64,000 nt of DNA from NCBI RefSeq assembly GCF_009914755.1, contig NC_060941.1; one strand, 5' to 3'. Below, one piece after another: positions 14,166-29,180 of this stretch. The position numbers and the translations under genes were made by a program. This stretch comes from the human T2T-CHM13v2.0 reference genome, Homo sapiens. Every line of letters starts with the position of its first letter. Position 1 is the stretch's first letter. A model generated the notes under the pieces. That model had not been told where the DNA came from. It was given only the letters and a program-made list of their open reading frames with translations, and made no database searches.

Positions 14166-14967
14166 TTTTAATTAAAAAAATTAAGAACAGAGGCATCTAT
14201 CTACCTTTGGAATCTGAGGAGAAAAAAGGACAGGGTCAGCTCCCCAGAACCACATAGAATGAGTTACCCCTCAGAGAGAGGGATGTGCTGCCAGAAATGG
14301 GGATGGCTGTGGCACAGGTAAAAACAGCAGGTGTTGCCCAGCACTGCCCTGACTTCCACAGCCTCAATACTACACCAATAGCTGTTAGCAAGACCTCTGC
14401 CTCTTGTTCAAAGAAGCTACAGAAAAAGAACATGATTGTTGAGGTCAAGTGGAGCTATGACAAGCTGTAGTTCTGCCACTTGTTAAGCTGTATGACACTA
14501 ACCAAATTCTTTATCCTGTTGAAGCCCAATTTCCTCACCTGTGGAATAAGGATAATGATTCCTACTTCACAGACTTACTGTGAAGATGAAACAAGCCAAC
14601 CACCAAGCCCAGGACTCAGTGAGGAGGAGAGAATTCATCTACCTCTGATCTCTTTGCCTTTGGTCCCTGACCTCCAGCTTGGCTTCCAGGTCCCAGCTCT
14701 GAAACTGGGACCGGGTCTCTCTGTACTTGGAGGCCCACCTGCGTGGAGCTCACTCTGACGCAGTGGCAGGAGGTCTTACCAGGAGATGGAGCACATGGTG
14801 TTTTGTTTATTTGTTTTTCCATCTTGATAAAAAATGTGCAGTTTTTACACTGTCACAGAACAAACAGAACCTTGACATATGGGCCTCTATTTATGTGCAT
14901 GATTTAATTAATCATGTTTCATGTTCCATCATCTTTCTATTATGAAGAATGATATTTTTCTCTGGGA

Positions 14968-15060
14968 CTTCCTTCCTTCCTTCCTTCCTTCCTCCCTCCC
15001 TCCCTTCTTCCTTCCTTTCCTCTATCCCTCCTTCTTCCTTTCTCTCTCTCTCTGTCTCTC
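14968..15060. repeat. (TTCC)/(CT) pyrimidine-rich low-complexity tract
   Basis: Seen directly. Confidence 0.85.
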
Positions 15061-15069
15061 CCTACAATT

Positions 15070-15590
15070 ATTCCCTAGTACTCACTCTGTGCCAAGCTCT
15101 GGGCTGGTCTGGTGGTGAACAAGATGGACACAGCTCTGCCCCCACAGGGGTTACAGTCTAGCAGAGGATTCAGATGTTAAATGACAGTCATTTAACTACA
15201 ATTGTAGTGAATGGTCTAAAGGAGAAACACACAGGGCTAGGAGAAAGAAATTTGGCCTGATCTGGGGTATCCAGAAGAGCTTCCTGGAGGAAGTGGCTTT
15301 TGAGCTAAACTTGGGAATAGGTGGAGGTCTCCACTGGTTGTGGAGTTCAATGAGGTGGGTGTTCCTGCAGCAAAAACAGCGTAATGGAGAGGCCAGAGGG
15401 AAGGGACACCATGCCTTCTAGAACAAGACAGAGGGCCAGCATATGTGGAGTAAACAAGGACTTGGGAGAGCTGCTCAAGGCCAGGCTTGGGGGCAGGCAG
15501 GGGCCAGATCATGTAGGGTCTAAAGGCCACACTAAGGCTATTGGTCTTAATTCCAGAGCAATGGGCCTTACACAGTTCCAGGGCTGCACT
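15070..15590 (-). mobile_element. L2 LINE fragment
   Basis: L2-typical text: CTCTGTGCCAAGCTCTGGGCT..., GCTTCCTGGAGGAAGTGGCTTTTGAGCT, GGCCAGATCATGTAGGG. Confidence 0.65.
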
Positions 15591-16869
15591 CCGACTGGAA
15601 GTGGTGGAAGTGGGAGCTCTCACCAGGAGGTGGCACTTAGAGGTTTTGCTTATAATTTCCAACTGGATAAAGCGCTGTCTATTTCTTGCAGTCACAGAGC
15701 AGAGAGTGTGGCAAGCTCATGAACTGGGTGCTGGGTGCACTGTGCTTTTGTCTACTTTCCCTGGACTCCACCTCTGGCTAGCTGATCTATAGCCCCTGCT
15801 GGTCCCTCATCCTACTCAGCTGAATTCCCTGACGTGCCCCACCTGCCCAGCTCCAGCCTGCTGTTGTCTGTCTCCCCCACCTCCACCCCAGATCCTTGGA
15901 CCTCACTAAGAGGTTTGGAGATGGGACTCCTCTCCCAGAAGCTCTGCACTGCTTTGTTGGGGCAGGAGTCAAGTTCCTCTTACATGCCCTCTGTGTCCCC
16001 TCCCTTCACCCCCTAGAACCTCGAGGAACTGATGTTCTTAAGCCTCCTTTTGTTCCAGAAAACTCCTCCTGTGAGAATCATCAATCTGTGAGTCAGAGGA
16101 CTCTCAAAGTCTATCTAGTCCAGCTGTTTCTGGAAATCCTCCAAAGGCATTCCTGCCAAGGGGCCACCCAGCCTCGGAATGCCTCCACTCCAGGGAGCTT
16201 GCTGCCTGCTCTACTTGTAGCTTGGGCTTGGATCCAAAGCTTTTGAACAGGAGAGGGGACAGTGCCCCTCCACGTGTCTGTCTAGAAGTTATTTTGGGTA
16301 GCTCACCTAAATATTGTCTTTGCCATCTAAGCTCATTTTTTTGATGTCCTTCCAAGATACAACAGGGCCAGGGTCAGCTGCTTAGCTTCCCAAAGTCAAA
16401 GCCACCTCCTTCACCCTCTGCAAGAGGCCTTGCCTTTCACTGCACAAATGGGCAGTTCCTCCTCCCAGAGAAGCCTGGTCCCTTCTCTTTCTCCACGGAC
16501 TCCTGTACCCAGGAAACAGGAAACACAGGCAGATGATGTGGGAGAAGGAGTGACTCAGAAGTTGCGAGGACCATCAGGAGCTCTCTAAGGACAGCAGGGA
16601 GTCTACTCCTGGGACCCGCAGTAGGGCACTTGGGGGTCTGGGGACTGGGCTTGAGGCTTGCCTGCTTGCCTGGAGTGACAGAAGTGCCAGCCTCTTGGCT
16701 CCACATCATTTTTGCCTCTGGGTCCCCTGCACCTTCCATGGAGGCGCTCTGCCAATGACAAATAATTTGGGAAACTCTCAGAGAACTCTTGCTCTCTCTC
16801 AGGCTCAGTGAATTGTTCTCTTTGCAGGCAGCAGCTCCTGAAGAAAACAGCTGTCATGGAAGCTTCCAT

Positions 16870-17300
16870 CCATTTCATTGCATGTTCACCAAGAGAGCTC
16901 ATTACATGCCAGGCCTGTTCCAGGCACTTGGCATACAAGATGAGCACCTGCCCTCAAGGTGCTCACAGTTTAGGGGGGAATCCAGGTGGGAGATGATCAA
17001 ACAGATGTCCATGGTGTCCTGTGATAAGTGCTGCAAGGGTGAAAGGTTTCTGAGAGGCCAGAGGAGGAGGCTACCTCAGCCTAGGGAAGCAGGGAAGGCT
17101 CCCTGGAAGATGTGTCCCTTAAGCTGAGTTCTAGAAGATCAGTAGGAATTAACCAAACTGCGTCAGTAGGAAGGAAGAGATGGTGGAAAATTGGCTTGGG
17201 CCAGAGAGAACCTGGTGCATTTGGGGAATTGCAAGGAGTTGTGGGAGACTCCAGGTAACAAAAGCAGCTCAGGCCGGGGAAAGAAAAGCCTTCCTTATGG
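16870..17300 (-). mobile_element. L2 LINE fragment
   Basis: ATGCCAGGCCTGTTCCAGGCACTTGG...CCTGCCCTCAAGGTGCTCACAGTTTAG...AAGCTGAGTTCTAGAAGATCAGTAGGAATT. Confidence 0.65.
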
Positions 17301-17540
17301 AGGCACCAGACCTTATTTCTGGGCCTTCCCTTTCCCCCCGTGATGTTTCTCCGCAGCCCTAGGCTGCGCTGGCTGCCCATGCTTCCTGATGTTACTATGT
17401 CCAGGCTGGAGGATTCAGCCATTACCCACAATTCAGCACTTAGGCTGGAGAGGAGAGAAGAGTTATTAGGTGCCACCTCGCAGTGGAGTCCGGGACCACT
17501 GACTCCTAGCCCATGGATCTCTAAGGAAACTTATAAGTGA

Positions 17541-18904
<1,364 letters not shown>

Positions 18905-18907
<3 letters not shown>

Positions 18908-20276
18908 CAAATTCTGCCAGATACCTGTGGTAATCCCCTTTCCTAAAACAAAACCAAATTAAAAAAAATTTTTTTAACTAGGAACAATGATTTCTAAAGG
19001 AAAATAAGCTAAAAGAGTTCTATATTTTCTAAAATATGTGACAAAATGTATGTAACAATTAGCAGGTATACTTCAATAATTTTAAACACTCTCAGGAATG
19101 TTTGACTTTCTTTCGTTTTTTTCCTTAGACATTTCATATTCAAAATATAAGTAAAAATCCCACAGAAATTAACTGGGGAGGCTCTAAAAATCAAGAAAAT
19201 GATCACAGACTAAAATTAAACAAGCAAGTGGTTCCAAGGAGTGGCACGAGAGTTTATTAATTACGAAATAAAATTTCTATGTAAAACATTGAGACAGCAC
19301 TGTGAAATGTATGGCCACTACGGGGAGGGAAAGGGGATAGGTCCCACAAAAGCAAAATTATATAAATAAGTAAAGCAAAAGCTAATGCATTTTTATAATA
19401 GCCTGACCATCTTTTTATTCCAACATTAACTATCCTTCTAACATTAAACAATTATTCTTAAATAAAAGTTGAAAACCTACACAGAAATAAGTCATGATTC
19501 TAAAAAGGTCAACATTTAATCTCACATTTTCCCTTCTAGTATAAAACCTACATTTTATAATAGAAAAGTTTGGACTCTGGCAGGGCACAGTGGCTCATAC
19601 CTGTAATCCAGCTTTGGGAGGCTGAAACGGGTGGATTATCTGAGGTCAGGAGTTCGAGACCAGCCCAGCCAACATGGTGAAATCCCATCTCTACTAAAAA
19701 TACAAAAATTAGCCTGACGTGGTGGCACACAACTGTAATCCCAGCTACTTGAGAGGCTGAGGCATGAGAATTGGTGAACCTGGGAGACGGAGGTCACAGT
19801 AAGCTGACATTGCGCAACTGCACTCCAGCCTGGGCAATAGAGTAAGACTCTGCCAAAAACAAACAAACAAACAAACAAACAAAATCAGGCCAAGCGTGGT
19901 GGCTCATGCCTGTAATTCCAGCATTTTGGGAGGCTGAGGAGGGCAGATCACGAGGTCAGGAGTTCGAGACCAGCCTCACCAATATGGTGAAATCCTGTCT
20001 TTACTAAAAATACAAAAATTAGCCGGGCGTGTATAGACCCAGCTACTCAGGAGGTTAAGGAAGAAGAATCGCTTAAACCCAGGAGGTGGAGGTTTCAGTG
20101 AGACAAGATTGCGCCACCACACTCCAGCCTGGGCGAAAGAGCAAGACTCTGTCTTAAACAAACAAACAAACAAACAAATAGAAAACCTTGGACTCGCCAG
20201 TGTTAGCTGCTGGAATGAGGTGTTTGTCCAGTACATCCAGAATGTTACAACAGATTAACTTTAGCTCAGCCTCAAC
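18905..20276 (-). pseudogene. Unprocessed YWHAE (14-3-3 epsilon) pseudogene fragment: exon 3, intron 3, start of exon 4
   Basis: On the - strand, ttttag then 20276..20177 encodes [33 protein letters not shown]. After two Alus, 19558..19552 completes YKM and is followed by gtaggt. A 609-bp intron (19551..18943) ends gttttag. 18942..18905 encodes KGDYHRYLAEFA. This matches 14-3-3 epsilon [49 protein letters not shown]. Confidence 0.93.
19579..20178 (+). mobile_element. Two tandem AluS elements (19579-19884, 19888-20178) inserted in the YWHAE-like exon 3
   Basis: Both have (AAAC)n tails. The pair is flanked by a 19-bp TSD (19559-19577, 20177-20195; 17/19 identical). Confidence 0.9.
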
Positions 20277-20492
20277 CTAAAAAATGAAAATAAATTTTAA
20301 AAAATCGGATCAAGTCTAGAAATTCTGTAAATTATTACACATTCTATCTACCTCTGGTTTTCAATAAGAGAGCTTAGTATTAAACAGAATTCATATCCTC
20401 CAAACTTCCTTCTTCCCTCTTGACACAAAAGCCGAGAAAAGCTGCCTGTAGGTTATAAAAAGTATCTTTTCCTTTCTTCATTCTATTACATG

Positions 20493-20494
<2 letters not shown>

Positions 20495-20527
<33 letters not shown>
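20495..20527. repeat. (CA)n microsatellite
   Basis: Perfect run of ~16 CA units. Confidence 0.95.
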
Positions 20528-20528
<1 letters not shown>

Positions 20529-22257
20529 CCTCACAGTCCAGCTAGTCAATTACCACTGACTAAAATTGTACACTGGTGCTTCTTAGTTAATGCTGGTCAA
20601 TTATATGAATTAACTTCTTTTACAAGGTAACAACTATTGTGTCCATTTACATGGGCAAACAGAAGCTAAGACATTTGCTCAAAGATCATCAGCTTAAAAG
20701 AACTTAATACGCAGAGCTAGGATTTGAACCCAGAAAGGTCGAAAGGAACAGAATAAAATTCAAACCCAGGCAGTTTGCCTTCAGTACTCTTATCCTAACA
20801 ACGTTCAACAGGCAATTCCTTTAGTGGTAGAGATCCATAACTAGTTAAGACACCAAAAACCTATGGACCAAAGTAACTATTGCCACTCATCTCTATCCAT
20901 TTATAATGCTGAAAATGTACACCACCTCTAAACGCACATACCCAGCTTGCTTCCTGTTTTCTATTAACTCATGACACTACTGTTGAAACTTTCTAGGTTC
21001 CTCTCATTCCCCTGGAACCTCCTTTCTACTATAAAACATTCTCTCACATTTCTTCCATAATCACATCCTTATCTTAGCTAAGCAAAACTATTTTCTGAAT
21101 AAACTACCTCCCTGATGGCTTTTCAAATAGAGCCTGCTCTAGGAGAATGAAGATTCCCATGTTCTCCTAGCTCCTCACATACTCAATGACTGCTCTCCTG
21201 TCACTCCAAACCCTTCCTCTTCACAAGCTGATATTCTACATTCTGTTTCTCAGTTTCTATCATCGATAGATCTCTAGGCCCTTCTTCCAAATTCACTGAG
21301 TATCTACAGCCAACCTATCCAATACCTGAGATCACACCAAGGTATGGTGTGGCCATGTTCCATGCAAAAATGTTCTTTGCCTTCTACTCCAAGACATTCA
21401 CTTGTCCACACCCGTAACTGTGCTGCTCCATACTAGAAGTCTGAAATTGTAATACTCCACTCTTGGCCCATGACTTCCTTTTTCAGTTCCTCTTCTCTGT
21501 CATTTCTACTTAGGAACTCATCAAGACATCCAGACTCTTTTTTGTTGTTGTTGTTTTCTCTTTTTTTCTTCTAATGCATGTATCTCATTTAAGATGTCCA
21601 GACTCTTGAACTTCTCACATCTCCTCCCAATTTATCAGCCGCTCTCTTGCTTCCTGCTTCCCTTTCCTAGCTAGCCCAAATCTCACGGTGAAGCGCATGG
21701 GCTTTTTTCTTCAGCACTTTCAACTTTCTCATTTCCTTATTCCTCTGGGACACAAAACTTGTCTATTGATCATCCAAATTCTTTGAACAAACAAACATAT
21801 TTCAGGGTAATGGTAGCATCAGTCCCAGCTTACAACTTTATTTTTAGATACAGAGTCTCACTTTTTTGCCCACTACTGGGCTCAAGCGATCCTGCTGTCT
21901 CCATCTCCCCAAGTGCTGGGATTGCAAGCCATGAGTCACCATGCCAGGTTCCAGCTCACAACTTTCTATGTGACCTCACGTATGTTACTTAAACACTTAA
22001 AGCCCCGACTTGTGCATTTATAGGTTGGGATAATACCTACCCCTTCCAGTGCCATTTTAAAGATTTCATATAATACCTTGCACAAATACCTATGATAAAA
22101 CTATTTCCCCACTCAGAACAGTGCCCAGTAGAGCTGGCAAGTCAGTAACTGTGGTTCCCCCACCTTGCCCTCTCCCTAGCAAGCTCACTTTCCACCTGCC
22201 CTGTAATTCCCTTCCCTGTTCTCTTTCATGTGTCTACGTGCCTGTCTCTTCCACTGG

Positions 22258-22468
22258 AATCGGTTTCTCAACAGCAGCGCTATTGACAGCTTGGGCAGAA
22301 TCATTCTTTGCTGTGGGAACTGTCCTGTGCATGGTAGAAAGGTTAGCAGCATCTCAGTCTCCACCCACTAGATGCCAGTAGCACCTTCCAAGCTGTGACA
22401 ATCAAAAATATCTCCCGAGATTGCCAAATGTCCTCTGAAGGACAAAATCACCTCAATTGAAAACCGCT
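22258..22468. mobile_element. MER20 DNA transposon (hAT)
   Basis: GGTTTCTCAAC...CTATTGACA...CACCCACTAGATGCCAGTAGCAC...TTGAAAACCGCTG. Confidence 0.8.
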
Positions 22469-23176
22469 GCACTAGAGTAAAGGCTATCAAACTTTTTGGA
22501 ACGAGACCTGCAATAAGAAACATTTTGTATATGTATAAACACACACAGTATGTGAAATAACTTCCTTAAATCATTCTTACCCTTACAATGTCCCACTCTG
22601 ATATGTTCTATTCTGTTTAAAAAAACACTGACTAGACTGAGCCTCCATAAGTATAGTAATCATATCTGTTTCATCTTTGCACTCACAGTACCTAGGCAAA
22701 TTGTGTGGCACACAAGAGGAACACAAATACTTGTTAAATCACAATGAATCACTCTATCGCCTGCTTGCCCAGATGTCTTAACCTGGCTTTAGGAAGACAG
22801 AACAGATAACAGGGATGAGGCCCCGGCTTTTCCCAGGAAGATTTGGCAATACACTCTTTATTTAGAAGCAGGGGCACTGACAGGACCTAGGGATGACTGG
22901 GGGCTTGTCACCTAAACAGCAAGAAGAGCAAGGAGCCTGGTTTTATGCCTTCAAGCCTGGGAGGATGTGGCCAGGGCTCCACAAGGCCCTGGAGTTGGGG
23001 GAGGGGGTGTGTGCTGGCAGGAGAGCAGATCCACCCTCCTCTTGAGGAAGCAGCCACCACCCCCAAGAAGCAGCAATTCGGGGCACACAGGCAGAGTCCC
23101 CGCGTGCTGTAGAGCAGGGCCAGCAGATCTGCACTCAACCTCAGCCCCGAGGGAGCTGCAAGACAGATGGAGACCC

Positions 23177-23521
23177 TGATAGGTTTGGCTCTGTGTCCCC
23201 ACTCAAATCTCATCTGGAATTGTAATCCTTCTGTGTCAAGGGAGGAACCTGGTGGGAGGGGATTGGATCTGGGGACAGTTTCCCCTGTGCTGTTCCCCGA
23301 TAGTGAGTGAATTCTCAAGAGAGCTGATGGTTTTAAAGTGTGGCACTTCCTCGTTCTCCACTCACTCCCTCCTGTCACCTTGTGAAGAAGGCTCCTGCTT
23401 CCCTTTCACCTTCTGCCATCATTGGAAGTTTTCTGAACTGCGAGTCAATTAAGCCTCTTTCCTTTATAAATTACCCAGTCTCAGGTATTTCTTTATAGCA
23501 GTGTGAAAACAAATTAATACA
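23177..23521 (+). mobile_element. THE1/MST-type MaLR solo LTR
   Basis: TGATAGGTTTGGCTCTGTGTCCCCACTCAAATCTCATC...AATACA with a 5-bp TSD GACCC (23172-23176, 23522-23526). Confidence 0.9.
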
Positions 23522-23977
23522 GACCCCTTCCCTGAAATGCCTTCTCCTTAGGCCACCAGCTGCCCTGATGCTCCTCCTCTGCCCCCTGGTCTTTCCTTCC
23601 CCCTAATTAGGCCCAAGTGATCCACATGGCCAGGCCCAGCCCCATCCTACTGCAGGCCTGTGTGGCTGCTGGAGAGGCCGGGCTCCTTTCCTCACCCCGA
23701 GGCTGCCTGATATGCTCTCTGGATCCTGGAGGAAACTTACCCCCTATCCTTATACTGGTGCAACTTCTTCCAAGACCTCAAAGTTGGACAACGTGAGCCA
23801 GTCTTTTTTCTTGTCTCCACTTGCTAGGGCTGTCACTGGGACAGTCCTGGGGCGGGATGGGGTGGAGGGGCAATGGATGAATGGATGGATGAATGGACAG
23901 TAGTCCAGGGAGGATGTCCCTGTCTGTCCTGAACTGGGCCCTTCCTCCAATGAGAAGCCTTCCTGAGTGAGTTTATA

Positions 23978-24630
<653 letters not shown>

Positions 24631-25418
24631 TGCTTTGAGAGTAGGATGGTGAGGTGGCTAATGAGTACAAGGGAGTAAGTGTCAGTCAGGAGGGCCCTGC
24701 ACTGGGGCATCTGGATGCCCTATCTCAGGACTTGAGGCTCCAGGTTTGGATGGCACAGGCAGGCTCAGCCAAAGTCAAAGCCCTCCCCTTGAATGTTCTT
24801 TTTATCCCAAGCTCTTTCTGGCCCCTGGAATTTGGCATCCCCTAGGATGCCTTGGGTGGAATGACGAATAAGCCAGATTTTAGATAACATGTCTAGAAGA
24901 GTGAGCCCCTACTGTGTGCCGGGCACTTTCCCCACAGGATTCTCTAGCTGGAATAACCAAGGGTCATGGAGAGAAATACCCAGTTAAAATATCAGAAATA
25001 AAAAAAGACATACCATTAGAGATACTAAAAAGATCATTAGGTAATAGTATTCGCATTTTTATTCTGAGATCCAACAGCAGCAATCACTTCCCTCCACCCC
25101 TATGTGTATCCCAGGACCACCCTGGGCGGGGAGGGCTGAGGTTAGGGAGCACCCATGGATGCTGTGATGCTGGCTCTGAGCCCAGGGGGTGACAGTGACA
25201 AGGAACTGGGTGCACACATGGGTGAGGCAGCCAGGCCTGGCCAGAGAAGCAACAGACATGTGCACAGATGTGTTTACCTACATACATGTGTGCACACACA
25301 TGTGCAAACACATGGCACGCAAGCATGATGATGCCTTAGGCAATGCAGGATGCTGACTTTGGGCCCTGCTGACCCAGGCAAGGCGCCTTTGTGATGCTTG
25401 CCTTTATCTCAGAATGTC

Positions 25419-25567
25419 ACTGGTGCTTAGCACCCGTCCGCTCTCTGCCCTGCCTCTGTGTTCTACAGCAGCTACACACAGACAGTGGTATCTGTGAGCA
25501 GCTCTGTGGACTCAAAGGTTTTCTCCCTGAGAGGCGTAACCCAGGCCAGCTGATTCATCAGAATCAG
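25419..25567 (+). pseudogene. TBC1D3-like non-coding exon 1
   Basis: ACTGGTGCTTAGCACC...GATTCATCAGAATCAG followed by gtgagt resembles the TBC1D3 5' UTR exon as I recall it. The 5' end is approximate. Confidence 0.7.
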
Positions 25568-27012
25568 GTGAGTGTGACCTGCTCTCTTCCCTCCATGCTG
25601 ACTTGGGGACAGTGGCTAATGGTGTGGGTGGTGCTGGCCTCTGGGCACGTGCTGAGGAGGGTCATCCCTGAACACTCACCGGGTGCCCGTTCTACGCTGC
25701 CCGTGTGGACAGTTGTCTCTTTCATCCTCATGGTGGCTCCCGCATGTACCCATTTGACAGGTGAGATGTCTGGGGTCAGAGAGGCGGTAACTGGCCTGGG
25801 AATCCCAACAGGACCCTGGGTTTTGCTCTTGGCCCTGCCCTGTGCCATGTTGGACTTCAGGCCTGAACCCTGCGGCCTCCTTGCCCCAGATCCCAAATCT
25901 GTCCAGGGTTTCTGATCCCCACTGGGATGGGGCAGAGCCTCGCCATGGCAGAGCCACTGAGATGGATCCATTGTGGGTGAGGTGGAGGGGAGGGTCCTCA
26001 GAACACATCTGTGCCCTAAGCTGGGTCTTGATGGTCCCTGTGGGACCCACTGAACACACATGGTCCTTTGTCCGAGAGTGGGATGGGGAGCCTTCTGCCT
26101 TTGGGCAGTCGTGGAAAATGAAGGATCCCTGGAGAGCTGGCTGGAGGGAGACTGTCTTCCCTCCTGTTAAAAGGGGTCCAGGTACTGGGGTTCTCCGCAA
26201 GTATTTCTTTCTCTGTCTGATCCTCTCGAGGCCTCACCCTCCTTTTGCCCTGAGTGTTCCCAGGAGGGATGGTCCATCTAGGTGTTCTCCAGAACCAAGG
26301 ACCCACTGTTCTTCCTCAGTGACCCAGGAAAATGAAGCCCCCTCCTGTATGGATAGCTCAGAATGGTGGAGTCCACCGTCCCTCCCCGAGAGATGTGGTT
26401 TCCACGAGCATAGGGGCTGCTTTGGAGACAGTAGATTATTTTCATCCCCCAAACCAAACACCCTCCTGCTTAACTGGCGTTGTTCCTAAAGTGGCTTCAC
26501 TGGTGAGACTGAAGGGCCACAGTAGCCCAAGTGATGAGTGGAGTAGAACCGAGCAGTCAGGAGAGGTCTTGTTCCCGTAGGAAACTGGGCATCTCTGTGG
26601 TCCCTGAGCATCCCAGGAGGCCGACTGTACAGAGACCTCTGGTCCCTGACCCCAGTCTGCCTCCACATCCCTGGAATAGCCCATCATGGGCCCTTCAACC
26701 TTGGCAGGTGGACACCATTCAACATGCTGGGGCAGGTGTGTACCCGTTTCATGGCATTTGGGGACAACAGGATTCTCTGTCCAGGTCCCAGTATTCTCAA
26801 GTCCTTGGGAAGATGCCCACCCCTGCTTGGGGCTTGAGACTCCAGAGACCCATGCAGGTGTGGGCCACTGGGTCTGGCCCCTTTTCACCTGAGGGCAGTG
26901 GTGGAAGGGGGGTTACACCGCCAGGCAGAATCTGGGAGCCAGGTGGGAGCGGTTTAGGTATTCTCCGAAGGTCTCAGGTACAGTGTAACATTTAGATGAT
27001 TTTGTCTCACAG

Positions 27013-27079
27013 GATGGACATGGTAGAGGATGTGGATACTTTGCAGGAGTGAGAGGACATCATTATGAAGTATGAGAAC
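27013..27079 (+). pseudogene. First coding exon: MDMVEDVDTLQE*EDIIMKYEN
   Basis: cacag acceptor, ATG at 27014, TGA at 27050-27052, donor gtacag. Homologous to USP6 MDMVENADSLQAQERKDILMKYDK. Confidence 0.9.
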
Positions 27080-27241
27080 GTACAGGTCCGTCTGCTCCCT
27101 GGAGGGAGGCCTCTTCCAGTGTGCCCTGGTCAAAGGATCCTGGGCTCCCTAGGAGCACAGGGCAGGGACGGGTGGCCACTACCCCCAGACCCTTGCACCC
27201 GTTACCTTGGACCCCTCATCAAGGCTCCCTCTGGATTACAG

Positions 27242-27325
27242 GGACACCGAGCTGGGCTGCCAGCAGACACGGGGCCTAAAGCCTGTTGGAATCTACAGCA
27301 GCACTGATCGCTTTGGGATTCTGCA
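27242..27325 (+). pseudogene. Exon GHRAGLPADTGP(+1 fs)KPVGIYSSTDRFGIL
   Basis: ttacag acceptor and gtgagt donor. One extra A at 27278-27280. Confidence 0.9.
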
Positions 27326-28575
27326 GTGAGTCCTCTGTGCTCCCCTCAGCCCCTAAAGCACTTATTTCAGCTTAGGGATGGGTTTACTTTTAGAAGGGAC
27401 TTTCTGAAGCAGAACATGTCTGCCCAGGTTGGGCCAACCTCCTTTCCAGGATCAGAACTCCTCCCTGGCTCCCCTGCAGGTCCAGCCTGAGGTTGTTGTT
27501 AGGCCAGTGGTGCGGGGCCCATCTAGGGAGTGGGTGGGAATGGAGAGGGGGCTAGGTCAGGCCCCTGGGCTCTCAGCAGTTCTGTCTCCGAGTTAGCACA
27601 AGAGGAGGGGGGCAGCCTGAGGGTCTGGCCCTGTTCACTTGGAGACAACCCCAGTGAGATCCAAGGGTTGTGGCCACAGGGTGAGGAGACGCCTGGTCCA
27701 GCCTCGGGGCTGTTGTCCAGCAGGTCTCTGAGGGCCCACCTGCCCCTGTTCACCCCCATTTCCCTAGAGCTACAGCCCTCACTGTCCCCATGGGGAAGGG
27801 GGAAAGGCATGGGGACAGTAGGGGCTGTGGCCTTAGGGGAATGGGGGAGAAGATGGGCAGGGCCCAGTTCTGGGCATCTCACGGTGAGGCCAAGGAGGCA
27901 GCAGAGCTTGCAGCTAATGACCCTGGGTCTGGTGCTGGGAAGGGATCTGGGGCCAGGTAAGAGGAGCCCAGGCTGGAGCCCATCCCTCAGGGATCATAGA
28001 ATGGAGAGATGGAGGATGCCAAGAGAGGTAGGGTGGGAGGGAGCTTATGAGCCATGCCACTTCTGAAATGCAGTGTGTGTGGCTTGGGTGCAGGGAGAGG
28101 CAGGTGGACCCTGGGAGGTCAGACCCTGCAAGGGCCTTGGGAATGTCGGGTGGGATGGGCCCCCGGTGTACCCTAGACCCTGGCAGGTCCACATCACGTG
28201 GTCACTCCCAGAGGGACTCCTGTCAGGGCCCGGTCACCCCATCCCATCTCGGGGCTGACCTTTCTCAGCTCAAGCACAAAGCATTACTTCCAGTCCAGGG
28301 GGGCAGCCCCCATTTTACACCCTGACCACCCCCCACACCAAGGGGCCCCATTAGCCTCGGCCAGGCTGGCCCTGCACTCCCTCTTCTCCCAGGTCCTGGA
28401 CCTTCCTGGGAGTCAGCCCCACAGGAAGGCCCTTGTCTTCCCTTCCCTGTGCCTTCTCCTAGGCTGAGCCCTGAGCTGGATGGGACAGAGCCAGTCCTTT
28501 CTGGGGGTCGGCTCCCAGACCGAGATGGCTCCAAACCTTGTGCAAGTCCTCAGCTCTGCCTGGGCTGCATTACAG

Positions 28576-28613
28576 TGAGAAGGAACTGCCCGGTCAGAGC
28601 CCGGGAGGTGAAG
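28576..28613 (+). pseudogene. Exon EKELP(-2 fs)VRAREVK
   Basis: ttacag acceptor and gtaaga donor. 38 nt, versus the 40 nt needed to encode ETELPPVTAREAK in phase. Confidence 0.85.
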
Positions 28614-29099
28614 GTAAGAGCCTGATCCATGGGGGGGCTGGTCCAGGGACGGGGGGACTCGGCGAGTGGTCAGTGAGGCAGAGAAAGCAGCGGGCCTGGG
28701 CGGTAGCAGGTGGGGGCAACACGCTGTCACTTGGAGGGGCAGCTGTCCCTGCTGGACCTGACCCCAGCTTACTGTATCTCTGGCAGTTTGATGAAATTCC
28801 AAAGTGAGAACCACAGTCCTGGCTTGGGGATGGCTGCCCGCTTGTGTCAGGACCCCACCTAGAGACTGGGACCTGACCTAAGACTGGTGTGTCTGTGGCC
28901 TGAGGATGGCACGTCCCAGGGTCCCAAGGCCAGCCCACTGGCACTCATTTGCTCAAAGGCCCTCAGCCTTTATGGTCTGCCCTTCCCTGGCTCCTTCTAG
29001 CTGGGTCCCACCAGGGCTCCAGAGCCCAAGACCCAGCATCCACGGGTGGCTCTGCGAAGCCTGGCAGCTCCGCTAACTCCAACATTCCTCATTTGACAG

Positions 29100-29180
29100 C
29101 AAATGCGGCAGGAGATGAGATGAAAGAGCAAGTGGATGGAAATGCTGGGAGAATGGGAGACATATCAGAACAGCAAAAAA
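29100..29180 (+). pseudogene. Exon QMRQEMR*KSKWMEMLGEWETYQNSKK
   Basis: gacag acceptor, gtaatg donor, TGA at 29121-29123. Confidence 0.92.

Noticed and set aside
15623-15636. CTCF-like motif CCAGGAGGTGGCAC
   Set aside because: Isolated match with a core mismatch. It cannot be supported without binding data.
18925-18942. Apparent 18-nt microexon (ttttag GAAAGGGGATTACCACAG gtatct) on the - strand
   Set aside because: The gtatct is part of the continuing YWHAE coding sequence (R-Y-L), not a donor.
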